Source: an uncultured Bacteroidota bacterium
GTDB lineage: Bacteria; Bacteroidota; Bacteroidia; 2-12-FULL-35-15
DNA length: 64,000 bases
Assembly (NCBI GenBank): GCA_903847205.1
Contig: CAINDA010000061.1
Coordinates: forward strand, 2,543-66,542
Direction of reading: 5' to 3'
Below are positions 21,010-29,912 of this stretch, piece after piece. Position 1 is the stretch's first letter. Each line of letters starts with the position of its first letter. A program made the translations under genes and the position numbers. The notes under the pieces are model-generated. The model was not told where the DNA came from, did not search any database, and was given only the letters and a program-made list of their open reading frames with translations.

Positions 21010-21861
21010 CTATTGGGGATTGCGTATTTTATTTCCGATAAAACTCACAGTAGCGTTGGGCGACATAAAAACAGGTATCTGGCCCCAGTCTTTATACTTT
21101 GCAGTAAGTTCATCTTTTTTAGTGCCGTCAATAGCGGCTGCTCTCATGTCAGTAAAGTATTGGCGGAAGCTGTCTATTATTTCTGTACCGCCTATGGCGC
21201 CGTGTCCCGGAACTATTTTTTGAATATCAAATAATTTAGGAAGCTGATCAAATGCTGCCATGTAGGCATCAGGGTCTGCGATACCCATAAGTACTGGACA
21301 CTGTTTGTTGAGTATTATATCTCCGGCAAATAACATTTTACGTTTATGCAGATACACCACTATATCACTTGCAGTATGGATATTTTTAGCCATGTTGAGT
21401 ACTGTTACTGTATCATCGCCTAATTGAATATCCATTTTAGCTTTTAACCATTCTGTAGGCATGGCATCTTCGCCGGCTTCGCCTTTCCAGAAGTCTTTGG
21501 TGTAGCTGCCGCCTGCAATAATTGTCGCGCCTTTGTATAGCTTATTGCCTTCGGTATGATCTGGGTGGGCGTGGGTATTAATAACTAAAATATGTTTTGT
21601 ACCTGCCAGCTCTTTCACCTTTTTGTAAAGCTGTTCGGCCGCTTCGCCCATTTTGGTATCAATGACAATAACCAGGCTGTCGGAAACCAATATGCCGCTG
21701 TTACCGCCGCCGCCTAAAACAATGGTAAGTTCTTTATCATACTGCACCGTGCTTGTTTCTTTCATCTTCTGAGTGAAGGGGCGGACATATATCAAATATA
21801 ATACATATGCTCCCGCCAGCGCGAGCAGCAGAACTATCCCAATCCATTTAAGTACTTTCAT
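21010..21861 (-). CDS. Membrane-anchored MBL-fold metallo-hydrolase (cyclase-like)
   Basis: N-terminal TM helix, GGNSG, NTHAHPDHTEGN (HxHxDH), HTASD, FAGDI and VPGHG. Confidence 0.9.
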   Translation of the reverse strand: MKVLKWIGIVLLLALAGAYVLYLIYVRPFTQKMKETSTVQYDKELTIVLGGGGNSGILVSDSLVIVIDTKMGEAAEQLYKKVKELAGTKHILVINTHAHPDHTEGNKLYKGATIIAGGSYTKDFWKGEAGEDAMPTEWLKAKMDIQLGDDTVTVLNMAKNIHTASDIVVYLHKRKMLFAGDIILNKQCPVLMGIADPDAYMAAFDQLPKLFDIQKIVPGHGAIGGTEIIDSFRQYFTDMRAAAIDGTKKDELTAKYKDWGQIPVFMSPNATVSFIGNKIRNPQ

Positions 21862-22107
21862 AATTTATTTTTTGTTTTTTTTTACGGGTACAAAATTAAG
21901 GTTTATAAATGAGTTTTGAGAAGGGTAGGAGAGGGGATTTAATTTAATTACGGGGATTAGAAGGGGAGGCAGGACCTAAAGTCTTTCTTTCTTCTTTGTT
22001 TTACTATGTAGTAAAGAATTTTCACTTCGCTTAAGGAATTTTATCCCGATTAAAAAAATTTATAGGGCATTTAAAAAATAAACAGGGCCTTTTCAATAAA
22101 AGAATAA

Positions 22108-22232
22108 TTCACTCAATTATATAAACAATTCACGCAGCAGTATAAACAGTTCGCGCATCTGTATAAAACTTCACGGAGCTATGTAAACAGTTCGCGGAAT
22201 GATGTAAATACTTCACTCAATGATATAAACAC
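22108..22232. repeat. Degenerate tandem array, 6 units, 21-bp period (one unit 20 bp)
   Basis: ttcactcaattatataaacaa / ttcacgcagcagtataaacag / ttcgcgcatctgtataaaac / ttcacggagctatgtaaacag / ttcgcggaatgatgtaaatac / ttcactcaatgatataaacac. Confidence 0.85.
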
Positions 22233-22456
22233 TGTAATGATAGTGTGTCTTTCTGCATTTTCTTATGCCGGATAAACTTTGCATTATCTCGGCAAATCCC
22301 CATCTACAGGAAAAGCAATGCGTCAGGTCAGGTTGTCGCTCATTGATATTAATTTCAGAACAATTGTATCTATTTTCAAAACAAAACGTATTCATCAGCC
22401 GAAATACAATAAAAAGGATATTTTTGAAAGCTGGTTTAACAAACAAATAGAACTAT

Positions 22457-23248
22457 ATGCGGCAGCTGCTCTTGTTTTATATTATGTCTTTTATAGTGCA
22501 GCCTGTATTTGCACAGCCTCTGGCTGTAAAGCCTGCTGCTGATGATGAAAAAAACTGGTCCTGGGATATACAAATTGACCAGCGGAATACTATTTATCTT
22601 AATAAAAATCTTTTAGGAACTGATGTTTCGGCAGGAGTAAGCGGTCTTGCAGCTGGCTTTACTTATCAAGATAGGTTTAGGTTTGGCCTGGGTGGATATT
22701 TCTCAAATGCCCAAAGCGCTTCAGCATCTTTTATAACCAATCAGCTTTATTTTGATAAAATAAAATTACTTGCACCTGGGGCAGTTACAATTACTAAAAA
22801 GGGAAAAAAGGGCTATCTGGTAAATACCACCTTAAACATGTATTATGTAACCCCGAGTTTTGAATATACTTTTTTTGAATCTAAGTGGCTTGATCTTAGT
22901 ATTCCTGTGGAAGCGGGTGTTGGCTTTAGCAAATTGGTGCGGACTGATTTTTTTAGTGATGCACCCATACCAATTATCAGCAAAACAGGCAAAGTACTTA
23001 AAGGAGGCGACATACTGCTTCCGGCAATGATAGGATTTACTGCTATGATCAATCTTTCGCCTGATGTAGGTTTTGCCGGTACAATAGGATACAGAAAAAT
23101 ACTTAAAGAAGTAGGTATCAGTCAAAATTTTGACGGTTTATATTATTCAGTAGGTTTAGCGCTTGTGCCGGAAAACATTATTGCTGCAATTAAGAAGGAT
23201 TTTAAAGACAGGAAAAAGAAAGGAAAAGATAAAGAGGCGGCTAAATAA
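22457..23248 (+). CDS. Exported hypothetical protein, probable outer-membrane beta-barrel
   Basis: Signal peptide (VFA-Q) and amphipathic strands (FRFGLGGY, YVTPSFEY, GFAGTIGYRK, GLYYSVGL). Confidence 0.6.
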   Translation: MRQLLLFYIMSFIVQPVFAQPLAVKPAADDEKNWSWDIQIDQRNTIYLNKNLLGTDVSAGVSGLAAGFTYQDRFRFGLGGYFSNAQSASASFITNQLYFDKIKLLAPGAVTITKKGKKGYLVNTTLNMYYVTPSFEYTFFESKWLDLSIPVEAGVGFSKLVRTDFFSDAPIPIISKTGKVLKGGDILLPAMIGFTAMINLSPDVGFAGTIGYRKILKEVGISQNFDGLYYSVGLALVPENIIAAIKKDFKDRKKKGKDKEAAK

Positions 23249-23306
23249 GTTTCTGAAAGTTGGGAAGCACTGCATCGGCATCTCAATATTCGCATTGGCA
23301 CCTTAA

Positions 23307-26000
23307 TCACTTTACAACAAAATTGCGCACCCCGCTGTAATTTTTACTTTTAATTTTAGCGTAATACATTCCTGAAGTAAGATTCAGTGTCTGGCTGTAT
23401 TTGCTTTGTCCGCTTAAAACAGCTGAATAAACAAGCCTTCCGGTAATATCAACAACTTCTAATTTAAAAGTTTCGCTGCTTAAGTCCGGTGAAACAGCCA
23501 GCGTGAATGAGCCGTTATTAGGCGAAGGAAATATGTCGAAATCAACATTATTATTTTTCTTCTCGCTGATACCTGCAGTATTAACAAGGCTTCCTTCCCA
23601 AACGCCTCTTCCGAAAGTAGAAATGTATACTTTATTAAGAGCAGTATTAAATTCAATATCGGTAGTAATTACATTGGGCAGTCCCTGGCTTTCGTTTATC
23701 CAGCTGGTTGTTCCGGCATCAAACCTGTAAATGCCCAAATCTGTTGCAAGCCATACATCGCCGGTAACAGGCTCTGTTTTAACACAGTTTACAGGTACAT
23801 TAGGGAGATTTAAAGAGATGTTCTGCCAGCTTGTTCCGCCGTTAATTGTTTTATATACCTTAATACCGGGAGTAAGTCCGGCCATTGAAACATAAGCAGT
23901 GTTTGCATCTGTCTGGCTTACATCCATGCTGGTGTAATACAAGCTGTCAGGCAGATTTGAGGTAATGTCTGTAAAGTTTACGCCTGCATCAATACTTTTG
24001 TATGCACCCGGAGGCGAGTTATAATCAAAGCGGATTCTACGGGCAGCATAGATTATATTAGGGTTTGAGTTAGATACAGCCACTGCCGAAATTTCATTGT
24101 CGTAGATGCCGTTAAACGGGAATGGATTTGAATTGCTCCAGTTTACGCCGCCGTCGGTTGATTTGGCAACATTTGTAAAACCGCAGTATAAAGTGCCGTA
24201 GTTAACGTAGTCTGCAGCGATGGGACTTGTCCATTCGGCAGGTTCGTTATTTACATTCGGGTATGAATTAATAGTGGAAACGGCGTTAGTCTGTGATATA
24301 TAAAAAGTCCCAAACTGGGATGAACCTATTACATTATTATCATCCACGGGGTCTAAATAATTATCCATGCCGTCTCCGCCGAAAACGGTATTCCATGTGC
24401 CGCCGTCGTAATACATACTGGCATTGTCCTGCGCGCCTGCTATAATCCTTCCGGTTACATTTCTTGAACTTGAAATGCGGTAAAAAGAAGAAATGGCTAA
24501 GCCGTTGCTTATTGTTGACCAGCTTGTAGGCCATGGAGAGCCGAGATTAGCTGCGGCCCATGTCTGCGATGTTATTCCGGTTGTTTTGTAAAGCCCGCCG
24601 TCGCTGCAAACAAAAATATTTCCGGTGTTTTTCTGTGTTTCAATAAAATGAATATCGCCGTGTATGGTAGGCCCGTATGATAATGTCCAATGGCTTACAG
24701 GATTAAAGGTCAGCGCTCCATCAGTAGAAGCCCATAAATTTACGCCGCCTGTATATACTGTGTTTTTATCAGCTGCATTCACAGTAAAGCCGAGATCATA
24801 AGTGCCTTGTCCGCCGGCAGAGGTGCCGTCTCCGGCTTCAAGCACATTTACCCCGGGATTAATAAACTGCCAGGCTCCGCCTGCATTAATAGATTTATAA
24901 ATACCCTTCATGCCCTCCTGCGCGTTCACTGCAAAGGCATAAATATAATTGGGGTCGGAAGGTGCAATAGCAAGTTTTATTCTTTGAATAGAATCTGAGG
25001 GCTGAATATTGGTTGGCAGCAAAGTCCAGGAAGCGCCGAAATTAGTCGATTTATATATTCCGGCAGTACCGATGCGGGCATACACAAGCCATCCAGTGGC
25101 AGCATATAAAATATTCGAATTCACCGGATCCTGCACCATGTCCCAGAATAATGAGTCAAGTGTATGCGTCCATGTAAGGCCCGCATTTGCTGAGGTATAC
25201 ATACCGCTTACGCCGCAGGCAACAAGCTGATTACTGTTTGCAGGATTTACAAGCACCTTGCGGATTAAGGATGCATCGCCGTTTGTTAACTGAAAACTTA
25301 ATCCGGTAGGAGCCCATGTTGTTCCGCCATCAGTAGTTTTATAAACGCCTAATCCGTAATGTGTATTCCGCTTTCTTCCATCCAGCTTCAGCGATACATC
25401 AATGTATTCAAAATCGCAGAGTGATATATACATCACATTGGTATTGTTGGGATCAATAGTAATATCGCTTACGCGGATGATAGGTAAATTATCCGTTAAA
25501 GGAATCCATGAAACACCGTTGTTTGTTGTTTTCCATACTCCGCCCTGCGCAACACCGACAAAATAAGTATTAGGGTCGGTAGGATGAAATGCAATGCAGT
25601 TGATGCGTCCGATGCCGTTCTGCATATATCCGGTTTCATTGCCTGGTAATGTAAATGGCCCTGCAGGCGACCATCCGATAGAATTAAATGATTTTGATTT
25701 TGCTTTATTATTTTTATCGTTTGCGACTTTTACTGCTTCATTAATATAAATGGCCGGATCGCCGGGTTCGCCTTTGCCATTGGTTTTAAACTGCATATCG
25801 TTTTCCCAGCGTTTATAGTATTTCCAGTGTTTTGTTTTTTTAAGATCTGTTGTTTTCGACCAGTCATCAAAACGTTTCTGCATTTCAACAAACGTTAATT
25901 TTTTTGCGGAGGTGTTTTTTTCAAGGAAAGCTTGAGCGCTGGAAAAGGTTATACAGAAAGCAGTTGCAGCGATAGTTAAATATATTTTTAATGCTTTCAT
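23307..26000 (-). CDS. T9SS-secreted BNR/Asp-box (sortilin/VPS10-like) beta-propeller protein
   Basis: GIGRINCIAFHP, repeated GVWKTTNNGVSW / SxDGGxxW boxes, STFGRGVWE and a type-A CTD (IFPSPNNG...GMYYAKI...FVVK). Confidence 0.88.
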   Translation of the reverse strand: MKALKIYLTIAATAFCITFSSAQAFLEKNTSAKKLTFVEMQKRFDDWSKTTDLKKTKHWKYYKRWENDMQFKTNGKGEPGDPAIYINEAVKVANDKNNKAKSKSFNSIGWSPAGPFTLPGNETGYMQNGIGRINCIAFHPTDPNTYFVGVAQGGVWKTTNNGVSWIPLTDNLPIIRVSDITIDPNNTNVMYISLCDFEYIDVSLKLDGRKRNTHYGLGVYKTTDGGTTWAPTGLSFQLTNGDASLIRKVLVNPANSNQLVACGVSGMYTSANAGLTWTHTLDSLFWDMVQDPVNSNILYAATGWLVYARIGTAGIYKSTNFGASWTLLPTNIQPSDSIQRIKLAIAPSDPNYIYAFAVNAQEGMKGIYKSINAGGAWQFINPGVNVLEAGDGTSAGGQGTYDLGFTVNAADKNTVYTGGVNLWASTDGALTFNPVSHWTLSYGPTIHGDIHFIETQKNTGNIFVCSDGGLYKTTGITSQTWAAANLGSPWPTSWSTISNGLAISSFYRISSSRNVTGRIIAGAQDNASMYYDGGTWNTVFGGDGMDNYLDPVDDNNVIGSSQFGTFYISQTNAVSTINSYPNVNNEPAEWTSPIAADYVNYGTLYCGFTNVAKSTDGGVNWSNSNPFPFNGIYDNEISAVAVSNSNPNIIYAARRIRFDYNSPPGAYKSIDAGVNFTDITSNLPDSLYYTSMDVSQTDANTAYVSMAGLTPGIKVYKTINGGTSWQNISLNLPNVPVNCVKTEPVTGDVWLATDLGIYRFDAGTTSWINESQGLPNVITTDIEFNTALNKVYISTFGRGVWEGSLVNTAGISEKKNNNVDFDIFPSPNNGSFTLAVSPDLSSETFKLEVVDITGRLVYSAVLSGQSKYSQTLNLTSGMYYAKIKSKNYSGVRNFVVK

Positions 26001-26217
26001 TTGGGGGAGAAGGTTTGTATTACAAATATAAAGAAATTTAAATAGGCGCTTTGGGGTTGGTTACGGCCAGCTGCCTTCCCGCAAAATTATCTTGCATGTT
26101 TATTCTCTGCAGTTCGAAATCATCTTATGAAAACGCGCGTGAGGCTTGAATAAACGCGATGCGGTTCTGCCCGTGGGGAGCAGCCGTTTGTTCTTGAAGG
26201 TCCAGCACCGGCTGACT

Positions 26218-26269
26218 CAAATGTGTCCCACACATTTGCCCTGTTTCTTTTGTATTAGGACAAAAGAAA
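26218..26269. repeat. Two adjacent hairpins in a structured intergenic element
   Basis: caaatgtgt-ccc-acacatttg (26218-26238) and tttcttttgt-attagg-acaaaagaaa (26244-26269). Confidence 0.6.
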
Positions 26270-26541
26270 GAATTAAACTTTTGAAGCGGAATCAAACAAA
26301 TAATTTAAATCCATTTTAATTTGTTTTACTATTCCGATTTTTAAATTTCCAATTAAAATCAATCCAAGCCCCAGTACTTGTGTTTAATTCCCTCGCTTCA
26401 AAATCATCTTTTGGAACCGCACTAAATCCATTTAATCAGTATAATTTTTAATTGGACGAAAGAATATAAATTTTAGTTTTGTAAAAAAGCGGCAAGGTTT
26501 ATGTTTTGCAATAAAAATCATAGCTAATCAGGTACTAACAA

Positions 26542-27600
26542 ATGCTTAAAATTATGAAACATTCAATTACAAATTATTTATCTGCCGGGGCAGTTCTTCT
26601 TCTGCTTTCATCCTGCAAAATGTCTTATGTCAGCATAAATGCAATGCGGCCTGCAGATATAACTGTAAGTGAGCACATTCAAAAAGTCACAGTTGCAGAA
26701 CGGATAAAACCTGCCAAAGGCTATAAGTTAGCCAATGCAGTTGAAGGGATTTTATCAGGAGAAGGCTTATTTGAAGACAGGGAAGCCGCCCCTGAGGCCG
26801 TGAGCGGTTTGGTGAATGCCCTAGTTACTACGCCAAGGTTTAAATGTACTATAATGCCCGGAGAATTATTAGGTACCGGAGGCAGTATTTTGCCGCCTGC
26901 ATTGGGCTGGGACGAAGTAAAAAGAATATGCTATGAAAATAATTCGGATGCCTTAATCACCTTAGATATATTTGATTCAGACCAATCCACAAGTATTATT
27001 GAGGGGACCAGAGAAACAAAAAATAAAGAAGGAGTTGTTAAAAAGGTTCCGGAGTTTACTGCCCAAATGAATATAACAGTAACCTGCGGCTGGAGAATTT
27101 ACGATACCTTAACCCAGACAATTGTTGATGAAGCAAGAAATGTAGATTCGAAAATGTTTGAAGCAAAAGGCGATACCAGGCGTGCCGCTGAAATGGGACT
27201 TCCATTAAAAAGAGAGGCAGTAAAACAAACCGGTTATTATTCAGGTAACAAATACGGCAGCCGGATTTCTCCTTCATGGATTGTTCTCACCAGAACATAT
27301 TACAAAAAAGGAACCGACAATTTTGTTATGGCAAAACGGTTTGTGCGGTCTCAAAACTGGGACAGCGCAGCTGAAGCATGGAAAAAAGAATTGAATAACC
27401 CCAATAAAAAATTGGGCGGATACGCAGCTTATAACATGGCCTTAGCTTCTGAAATACAAGGAAAAATAGACTTGGCAATTGATTGGGCGGATAAAGCGTA
27501 TGAGGATTACGGCAATAAAAAAGCAAATTATTATGCAGCGCAGTTAAGAGCACGTAAGGCAGATGAAGCCCTTTTAGATATACAGTTAAAAGGTAAATAG
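26542..27600 (+). CDS. DUF6340-like lipoprotein with C-terminal TPR-like helices (likely start 26554)
   Basis: Lipobox LSSC, MRPADIT, WRIYD and AAYNMALASEIQGKIDLAIDWA. Confidence 0.7.
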   Translation: MLKIMKHSITNYLSAGAVLLLLSSCKMSYVSINAMRPADITVSEHIQKVTVAERIKPAKGYKLANAVEGILSGEGLFEDREAAPEAVSGLVNALVTTPRFKCTIMPGELLGTGGSILPPALGWDEVKRICYENNSDALITLDIFDSDQSTSIIEGTRETKNKEGVVKKVPEFTAQMNITVTCGWRIYDTLTQTIVDEARNVDSKMFEAKGDTRRAAEMGLPLKREAVKQTGYYSGNKYGSRISPSWIVLTRTYYKKGTDNFVMAKRFVRSQNWDSAAEAWKKELNNPNKKLGGYAAYNMALASEIQGKIDLAIDWADKAYEDYGNKKANYYAAQLRARKADEALLDIQLKGK

Positions 27601-27709
27601 TCGTGTTTGAATTATATCTCGGGAAAATTGTCAGCGACTGAATGATGATTATACAAGTATCCGGATTTGAAAAACAGAAAAGAATTTTAAGTCTTCTATA
27701 TCTATAATA

Positions 27710-27744
27710 AAAAAGAGCGGCACCGATTCGGTGCCGCTCTTTTT
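27710..27744. terminator. Bidirectional intrinsic terminator
   Basis: aaaaagagcggcaccg-att-cggtgccgctcttttt between convergent genes. Confidence 0.85.
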
Positions 27745-27802
27745 GTTATTGAAAAACAATTTAATATTAAGCAGCCGGCTTTCTTTGCTTATGGAAGCCT
27801 TC

Positions 27803-28681
27803 TTACAATGCTCCTGCCCAAAAAGTATAGCTGTAATTGGCTGTTGCAAGAAACTCTGAGATGGAATTTTTGCTGGCTTGAGTAATTGTTAAGCTGTTAA
27901 TCGTAAGCAAAAACCCATGAGTATATTGGCTGACAGCAGCGGCACTCATCGATTGACCATTTATATCCATATATGAACAATACTGTTTAACAACATTAAA
28001 AACTTGTAAGCTGACCTTCCCTGCATTATAGAAATTAGTAAGCAAACCTACAGATGTTGTGCTGCCTCTTTCGGCAGAGGTAATAAAATTTACTGTGTTC
28101 AGGTATGAAGTTAAAGAGGGGTAATTTACTGCGGTGTAAAATCCTCCTCTTGCAAGTATATCTGCTTTTTGGGCCGGATAAAAAGCTGCAGCATTAAAGC
28201 CTGAAGTTGTGAATAAATTAGGGATAGTAAATGCTATATTACAATTACTATTATGCATAATGCCCCAATTGTTAAAGCCATTATTGGGATCAGGAGTTGG
28301 GTTAGGCCCATGATATACTGAGAACCATTGTCCCCATTTAAGATCTGCATACATAATTAATGTTGCGGCTCCCCCAGATTCCGGCCCGCCAAGACAGCCA
28401 ACGGCATCGGCCAGATAGCATCTTTTCAGCTCTGCAGTGGTGAGATCATGGCGATCAGAAGAATTAATTTCATTAGACTGCAAAAAACTTGCATTGTAAG
28501 TATTTATTTTTGACATATCTGCAGCACTTACATCTGCCGAATTTACATCCGCTGTTTCCATCCGAGGATTTACTAATGCTTCTTTTTTGCAGCTTGCAAA
28601 GGTTACTGTTAAACATACTAACACTGCACTTGAATAAAGCGCTAACCTTTTTGTTTCTGAGGTAACATTTTGAGTTTTCAT
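27803..28681 (-). CDS. Hypothetical lipoprotein
   Basis: 292 aa with lipobox FASC-KK; motifs LADAVGCLGG..GGAA, NNWGIMHN and ATANYSYTFW. Confidence 0.7.
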   Translation of the reverse strand: MKTQNVTSETKRLALYSSAVLVCLTVTFASCKKEALVNPRMETADVNSADVSAADMSKINTYNASFLQSNEINSSDRHDLTTAELKRCYLADAVGCLGGPESGGAATLIMYADLKWGQWFSVYHGPNPTPDPNNGFNNWGIMHNSNCNIAFTIPNLFTTSGFNAAAFYPAQKADILARGGFYTAVNYPSLTSYLNTVNFITSAERGSTTSVGLLTNFYNAGKVSLQVFNVVKQYCSYMDINGQSMSAAAVSQYTHGFLLTINSLTITQASKNSISEFLATANYSYTFWAGAL

Positions 28682-28738
28682 GGCTTTTGGTTTTTAATTG
28701 TTAATATTAATTGTGATTGTTAGTTTTAATTTCTACAA

Positions 28739-28827
28739 CAAATTTAAACCAAGAATAAACGCTCAATTTTAGAAAAGGGTGAACGCTGGGGAATATTTAG
28801 TTAACGTTTGAGAATTTATAGTTAACG
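28739..28827 (-). promoter_or_regulatory. Promoter of the 27803..28681 lipoprotein: three LytTR-type direct repeats spaced 21 bp apart plus a TAAATTTG -7 element
   Basis: On the + strand gtgaacg (28779), gttaacg (28800) and gttaacg (28821), i.e. CGTTCAC/CGTTAAC on the - strand. caaattta at 28739-28746 reads TAAATTTG on the - strand. A LytTR gene lies immediately upstream. Confidence 0.65.
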
Positions 28828-29014
28828 TTTTAAAGTTTGGAGAAAATCAAGGAAAATATGGATGAAAAAGGTAAGGCAGATATAATAATTGATATAAATT
28901 TGCACAGGAGCAGCCGATAAACACTATATCACAGTTGATTAATAGGGGTTTTAATAATTTGAACAAATTATTATTAGCGCTAAAACAGCTCATGTTTCAT
29001 TACTATGGAGAGTG

Positions 29015-29767
29015 TTAATGAAGGCCGGTCTCATTTATAAGCTGAATCAAAGCATCTTTTTTTCTTACAGATACAGGAATCATTTTCCCGTTTTTTAATA
29101 CCACACATCCGCCGTCCTCATTAGTATAGCGGGTTATAAATTTAAAATTTACTAAATGAGATTTGTGGGTTCTGAAAAAATGGTGATCGTGTAATATTTC
29201 CTCGAAATCTTTTAATGTTCTTGGAACAAGTATCCTTGTTTCATTTGCAAGATAAAACATTGTATAATTATCTTCGGCATCACAGCAAATTATATCGTCA
29301 AGATCAACAACATAAAGGTTGTTATGGGTTGCAAGTACAATCTTTTTTAAAGTGCCTTCCGGATGGTTCATTGTGTTTTCTAAAAAGTCGAGTTTTACAG
29401 CGCTGTCGGCTGCGGTTAATAATTTAAGTCTTTCAATAACAGTGAGCAATTCGTCAATGTCAATAGGTTTCAAAAGATAATCAAAAGCGCTGTATCTAAA
29501 GGCCTTTATTGCATACTGGCTGTATGATGTAACAAAAATTATTTTAAAGTCTATTTGTTTAAACCGCTTCAGTAAATTAAATCCGCTTCCGTCAGAAAGC
29601 ATTATATCAAGAAAAACAACATCGGGTTTATGCAGATTAATCGCTTGAAATCCCGTTTCTACGCTTTCGGCCTCGGCTGCAATATCTATTTCAGGACAAT
29701 AGGTTTTAATATAATTAGCTAACGTTATTCTTGCCTTTTCTTCGTCATCAATAATTATAACTCGCAT
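29015..29767 (-). CDS. LytTR family response regulator
   Basis: IIDDE, FLDIMLSDGSGFNLL, DYLLKPID, FFRTHKSHLVN and IPVSVRKK. Confidence 0.95.
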   Translation of the reverse strand: MRVIIIDDEEKARITLANYIKTYCPEIDIAAEAESVETGFQAINLHKPDVVFLDIMLSDGSGFNLLKRFKQIDFKIIFVTSYSQYAIKAFRYSAFDYLLKPIDIDELLTVIERLKLLTAADSAVKLDFLENTMNHPEGTLKKIVLATHNNLYVVDLDDIICCDAEDNYTMFYLANETRILVPRTLKDFEEILHDHHFFRTHKSHLVNFKFITRYTNEDGGCVVLKNGKMIPVSVRKKDALIQLINETGLH

Positions 29768-29912
29768 TGTTTACGGGGGTTCTAAAAAATTAAATTTAAT
29801 ATTAACAGAAGCCGAAGTAAATTCAAGTACAATCTTATTTGTAATCGGTTTTAGGCTTTACTCCAGCAGGTATAAAAATAATTAAAAATCAATACAAAGG
29901 CATACCGATATA

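Noticed and set aside
22213-22542. Short ORFs 22213..22446, 22265..22450 and 22279..22542
   Set aside because: They overlap one another in three frames with no recognisable features, and are probably the promoter region of 22457..23248.
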